Made by a program: the position numbers and the translations under genes
The notes under the pieces: generated by a model
Told to the model about the DNA's origin: nothing
Seen by the model: the letters and a program-made list of their open reading frames with translations, nothing else
Databases searched by the model: none
Shown: positions 32,457 through 37,774 of the stretch, piece after piece
Position numbering within the stretch: position 1 is the stretch's first letter
Layout: every line of letters starts with the position of its first letter
Source: Tubiluchus corallicola
Lineage: Eukaryota > Animalia > Priapulida
DNA length: 37,774 nucleotides
Assembly: GCA_030141605.1 (NCBI GenBank)
Contig: JAQGDQ010001500.1
Location: forward strand, 1 to 37,774
Reading direction: 5' to 3'

Positions 32457-33289
32457 TAGTATCTAATTTCGGTAAAAATGACCGCATTTCATTAAACATA
32501 CAAAATACTAATCACTGAGATCATTTTTCTCTTGTGTTTTGTTTTTAATTAATGACAAACTCTTTATTAATGTAATTAACAACTCAATGTTTTAAATCCA
32601 CCATGTCTCTCAGGTACATTAATTCGCCTAGCTTTCAAATGCAAACAGGTAAAAATCACTTGGGTGGCATGGAAGCTGCGCTAGTCGGCTATTATCCGCT
32701 TAACAGCTCAAATAATCACAATGGAATTAGCGTTACAATCGAGCACGCAGTCCCGCCCGCGTCGCCGCTTCGCGTCCAATCAGCGCTCGACGTGCGCGGC
32801 TGACTGACATGCGACGTCGCTTCTGATGGCATCATGAAGACGAGAGCTAGCGTGACAATCCTAGCAGCAAATTGTGACATTACTGACTGACCGTGTTACT
32901 AATAGACTGCGTGCGTAGAGTGGGTCTATCAGTCTGTTGCCCAAAACACGTGAGTCAGTAGCGAAGCTTCGTAAAAGTAACAGTAACGTGCAGAAACTGT
33001 TCAGTTTCTTCCACGCAGTGCACCAGAGACAACATCAGTTTTGCTACGTCAAATTACTAAAGCGTGTATAACTGTAACTGTGGAATTTGTAACTGTATAT
33101 TTTTATGTGCTGCCCTCTATTGACTAATCACTTTACATTTTACTAGCCAAACTCACCCCTAGTATAATTGTTCGGTCCAGTGAATATGCATACTCACTGG
33201 AGCTCCCCCTATTTTACTGTAATGATATTTGTGAAGCCAAGTTTGCATAATTACCTCTACCTATATATACTGACTGGATTCTACTTCTA

Positions 33290-33620
33290 GTCACTCTCTC
33301 AGTGCAGTGCAGTCGTGCTACTTATGTGACTCTCTGTCTCACTCTCAATACAGTGCAGAAGTCATGCTAGTCGTGCTACACACCTGTCCAACTCACACTC
33401 TCAGTGCAGTGCAGCAGTCGTGATACTCATGTCACTTACTGTCTAACTCTCAGTGATCAGTGCAGGACACTCTTGTCCTCAGTGTGTGGGGTGACTCTCT
33501 GTCTCACTCTCAATGCAGTGCAGAAGTCATGCTAGTTGTGATACTCATGTTACTTACTGTCTAACTCTCAGTGATCAGTGCAGGACACTCTTGTCCTCAG
33601 TGTTCAGTGTAGCAGTCATT
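33290..33620. repeat. Complex patchwork repeat of actctcagtgcagtgcag modules
   Basis: 33327-33370 recurs at about 33492-33536, and 33420-33483 recurs at about 33539-33602. Confidence 0.7.
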
Positions 33621-34102
33621 CTACATATGTGTATGTAGTCTAATAAACGTTTTCAGTTTTGTGCAGATATGTAGTACAGTGTTTCATTCTTTTTCTACAA
33701 AGTGTTCAACTACAACCTCATACATGACTTTCACAATAACTACCTGATATGAAATAGTGTAGAATTCATATGAACTATAAACTAACAGTTGCCCAGGGGG
33801 AGTTGTAGTTCGTTTGTAACCTGCTACGCAAAATTGCGTGCGTTTTCAAGTGTTAGACGTTAGAGAACTGCTTGTTTGTGAGTCGAACTCGAGACGCTTA
33901 TAGTCAGCGCGATTATGTCGGTGGAAATTCACCTTGCAACGTGTGAAAAAGATTCTTAGAGATTCGAACTCGATCGAAATTTTATAAAGTTCGATTTTTT
34001 TCATTTCATCTTTTTTAGCAAAGAAGACTTATAAAGAAATTTTAATTTCAATATAATTTTAGCCTTTATCTAAAGTATATAATTAATCTGTATAGTTTTC
34101 AG

Positions 34103-34432
34103 TAAAAATAGTGATAAAATGGCAAACTAGAAATAGTACATAGTATAAAAAACTGCGCAAGGTACAGTACTTTAGAGACGACTTTGTACAGATCAGCATA
34201 GGATGCATACTAAATGTCTTTAATACTTTAAAAAATCATTAGCAGTTGCAAAATGAAGCACATTTTATGCTTCCATTGAATGCCAATGTATCCCGTGGGA
34301 TACAGGCTATATTTAGCACACGGGCACAGTAGAAAAAATAATTATTATGTGCAAACAAGATGGACATACTGAACAAAAGTACCAAGCCAAAAATTTTTTT
34401 CTTATTAAAAAATTAATTTGGGACTGAAAGGG
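34103..34432. mobile_element. Partial inverted copy of the piggyBac MITE
   Basis: Reverse complement of about 28278-28605, ending GGGACTGAAAGGG|TTAA. Confidence 0.85.
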
Positions 34433-34903
34433 TTAACATCAAAAGTTTTTTAAATATTACGTAATTATAACCATGGAGCAGGACCATAGGGTCATCTAGT
34501 CTCCTGCCCTTTCTTATAAATAGATTAGTCATATTAAAAATTAACGGTGATGCTGCAGATAACAAAAAAGATACATCTTCACACGTTCATAACAATTTCA
34601 ACGTTTTCCAACTACGACAGACAATATTCTCACATATTTTCAAAATAGGCATGCTTTTTCTATCCTTCTATCCTCAATAAAGCATAGTTTAAATACTCAA
34701 TTTTCGTGAATGTTGCTTTTTTAGTTATAAATGTAGTTATCTATTTAGTTATACTATAATTTGTAATATTAGTAGAATAATACGATACTGTGTCGACACT
34801 ACTATCAAAATTTCTCGAGTAAAAAAGTCCATTTGTATAATTACATATTGTAGACATATGTACATACATTGTACATATACATTAAGTTGTAGACATATGT
34901 TTG

Positions 34904-35218
34904 AAAAATTTGCTGCAGTTATACGAAAGAAGCTTCAAAACTTCACAGAAGCCTAATTGTTTCAAGTTCAGTGCAAGAAAAATTTGCTGCAGTTATATGA
35001 AAGAAGTTTCAAAACTTCAAAGAAGCCTAATAGTTTCAAGTTCAGTGCAGGAAAAATTTACTGCAGTTATACGAAAGAAGTTTCCAAACTTCAAAGAAGT
35101 TTAATAGTTTCAAGTTCAGTGCAGGAAAAATCTGCTGCAGTTATATGAAAGAAATTTCTAAACTTCAAAGAAGCCTAACAGTTTCAAGTTCAGTGCAGGA
35201 AAATTCTGCTGCAGTTAT
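34904..35218. repeat. 73-74-bp satellite, about 4 copies
   Basis: Same family as the array at 37061-37774. Confidence 0.9.
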
Positions 35219-36037
35219 GTATTTACTACCACAAGAAATGCCCATTACCTATCAACAAACAACAATTGGTTATAGTCAGACTTAAAATAAATATTTATGT
35301 CAACAGGATATATTTTAAATTTTGTGATACGTTGCAGTTGTTTATTTTAATATATTAATTTGTTTCTGTTATGATCACATATACATCTCACTAGATGTTG
35401 TTGTTTTTTATGTGCCAATAAACACCAGGTTTAAAATGTCTGATGGGATGTCTGAATGCACAACATTTACAGTTATTTGCAAACTGTAGCTTATTATAAT
35501 GACACCTATAATGATACCCGGTGCCCCATAAAAAATGTTCCTCTATATCAGCTGTGTATCAACACTTTGCGACGCCCTAATCGGACAGTTCTGTCCCGCC
35601 CATCTCTGTTGTGAATTCATAGTTGCTTAACGAAAGAGAATCTCAAATAATTACTTGTGGTGTATTAGAAACACTATTAACCTAGTTTCTAATAATAACT
35701 ATTATTAATTACATCCATTTGTACGGCGCTTATATGCAAGCAAGCCGCGAAACTGTTTGTTGTGTAATACCTTGAACGTGTTTGTTATGTAACACTTATA
35801 TAGAACCTGTGTTCGGTAACTACCTGTGGTGTGTTATAAAATCGTCCTTTACATGAATATGAAAGAATATGGAAGAAAGAATTTTTCCGAGGAGAATATG
35901 ATTTTTTTCTAAAATGTGACGCCCCTAAAACTTAGCCGCTCTAGGCTATAGCTTAGTTATTTAATATTGAAAATGCTGTTAGCTAGCTGTAAATAAAGGA
36001 TGAAAGATACCATCACACCTTTCTTCTTCTTTCTATT

Positions 36038-36225
36038 TTCTATTAACCTTTCTTCTACTCCTTTACTGCTCTTTTCTATTACACTCAGTCCACATTCATT
36101 TGGGGTGCTCTAAACAAGTAATTACTTCTTGAGTACCCCACGGGTCATTTGCGGCTTGGCATCTTGAACACATTATTAAATACTTTTATGTACAATGCTG
36201 TAATGATCATTGTGGATATATTTAA

Positions 36226-36256
<31 letters not shown>
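36038..36256 (+). mobile_element. Second copy of the LINE 3' UTR with (TAAA)n tail
   Basis: Near-identical to about 11315-11525, apart from a short indel. Confidence 0.8.
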
Positions 36257-36657
36257 GATGAAATTTGGAATGCCTTGACCACTGGGAGATGAGATGACCT
36301 AGTGGTATTATCCTCCAGGAAAATAATAATCTTGCTCAACGCGGCAGTGAATCTGGGTATGTAAAATATTAAAAAAACATTGCCCAAACACAAAAGAACT
36401 AATTAGATGCACAACCAAAATTAGCATTTTTCTTTCTTACATCATCGGGGGTATTCTTACATGAACGATGAAAACAAAATAGAAAAATTTCAGGATTCGA
36501 ACCTGGAACTTTGTACTTTAAGGCAGACGTAATACATAGAAATGGCTTAGCATTAATTTGTATAATTTTTACATAGGAAATTTTGAATTTTGTAAAAATG
36601 TTAATTAAGAAATTATTTACCCAGTTTTAATCTTGAATCAGTTCACATCATTGTCCG

Positions 36658-36937
36658 TCTCACAAAAGCGTAAAAAATCCCCGGGATCTGACTTCCTGGA
36701 AAGAAATTAGTTACCCTTGGGTGGGATTATAACCTCTGAAGCATTATCTGCTAAATAAAAGGACTGGCAAGACTTCAAAAAAATCCGGTTTTTTCTCTCA
36801 CAAAAGCGTGAAAAATCCCCGGGATTTGACTTCCTGGAAAGAAATTAGTTACCCTTGGGTGGGATTATAACCTCTGAAGCATTATCTGCTACATAAAAGG
36901 ACTGGCAAGACTTCAAAAAAAATCGGTTTTTTCTCTC
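36658..36937. repeat. 138-bp tandem duplication (2 copies)
   Basis: cacaaaagcgt at 36661 and 36799. Confidence 0.9.
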
Positions 36938-37060
36938 CGTCTGTTCAGTGTGAACTAATTTTTCGGGTGTTTAGTGGGAGTGGTGATAGAACGTGCAGGA
37001 GGAAAAAGCTGGGAAGAAGAAGAAGAAGAAGAAGGAGGAGGTGATAGAACGTGCTGGACA

Positions 37061-37774
37061 AAAATTTGCTGCAGTTATATGAAAGAAGTTTCAAAACTTT
37101 ACAGAAGTGCAGTAATTTCAACTTTCGTGCAGGAAAAATTTGCTGCAGTTATAGGAAAGAAGTTTCAAAACTTTACAGAAGTGCAGTAGTTTCAAGTTTC
37201 GTACAGGAAAAATCTGCTGCAGTTATAGGAAAGAAGTTCTAAAACTTTACAGAAGTGCAGTAGTTTCAAGTTTCGTACAGGAAAAATCTGCTGCAGTTAT
37301 ATGAAAGAAGTTTCAAAACTTTACAGAAGCGCAGTAGTTTCAAGTTTCGTACAGGAAAAATCTGCTGCAGTTATATGAAAGAAGTTTCAGAACTTTACAG
37401 AAGTGCAGTAATTTCAAGTTTCGTACAGGAAAAATTTGCTGCAGTTCTATGCAAGAAGTTCCAAAACTTTACAGAAACGCAGTAGTTTCAAGTTTCGTGC
37501 AGGAAAAATCTGCTGCAGTTATATGAAAGAAGTTTCAAAACTTTACAGAAGTGCAGTAGTTTCAAGTTTCGTGCAGGAAAAATCTGCTGCAGTTATATGA
37601 AAGAAGTTTCAGAACTTTACAGAAACGCAGTAGTTTCAAGTTTCGTGCAGGAAAAATCTGCTGCAGTTATATGAAAAAAGTTTCAAAACTTTACAGAAAC
37701 GCAATAGTTTCAAGTTTCGTGCAGGAAAAAATTGCTGCAGTTATATGAAAGAAGTTCCACAATTTTACAGAAGC
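37061..37774. repeat. 74-bp satellite, about 10 copies, running off the window end
   Basis: Unit gctgcagttatatgaaagaagtttcaaaactttacagaagtgcagtagtttcaagtttcgtgcaggaaaaatct. Confidence 0.95.

Overview
This is intron-rich, AT-rich animal (most likely invertebrate) genomic DNA, not prokaryotic. The main feature is a minus-strand KDM2/JHDM1 (FBXL10/FBXL11-type) H3K36 demethylase gene. I could reconstruct 13 coding exons by hand (22082 to 1966, 1716 nt, 572 aa), all with GT-AG introns and consistent phases. They cover the N-terminus, the JmjC domain and the CXXC zinc finger; the PHD, F-box and LRR exons should lie beyond base 1. The introns are full of hAT, piggyBac, pogo-type and Kolobok-like non-autonomous DNA transposons, CR1/L2 LINE remnants, and many locally born tandem arrays (units of 37, 38, 42, 44, 45, 57, 74, 91, 131 and 138 bp). 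Two things stand out. (1) Upstream of KDM2 on the same strand (about 32.1 to 27.5 kb) is an apparently unannotated TATA-driven spliced unit. One signal-peptide exon there can splice in frame to two different exons, each completing the signal peptide and encoding a different small Cys-containing peptide, and several other acceptor-plus-ATG micro-ORFs lie nearby. (2) A 44-bp minisatellite consists of about 25 tandem copies of a real KDM2 3' splice site. All calls come from reading the sequence by eye; no database searches were run.
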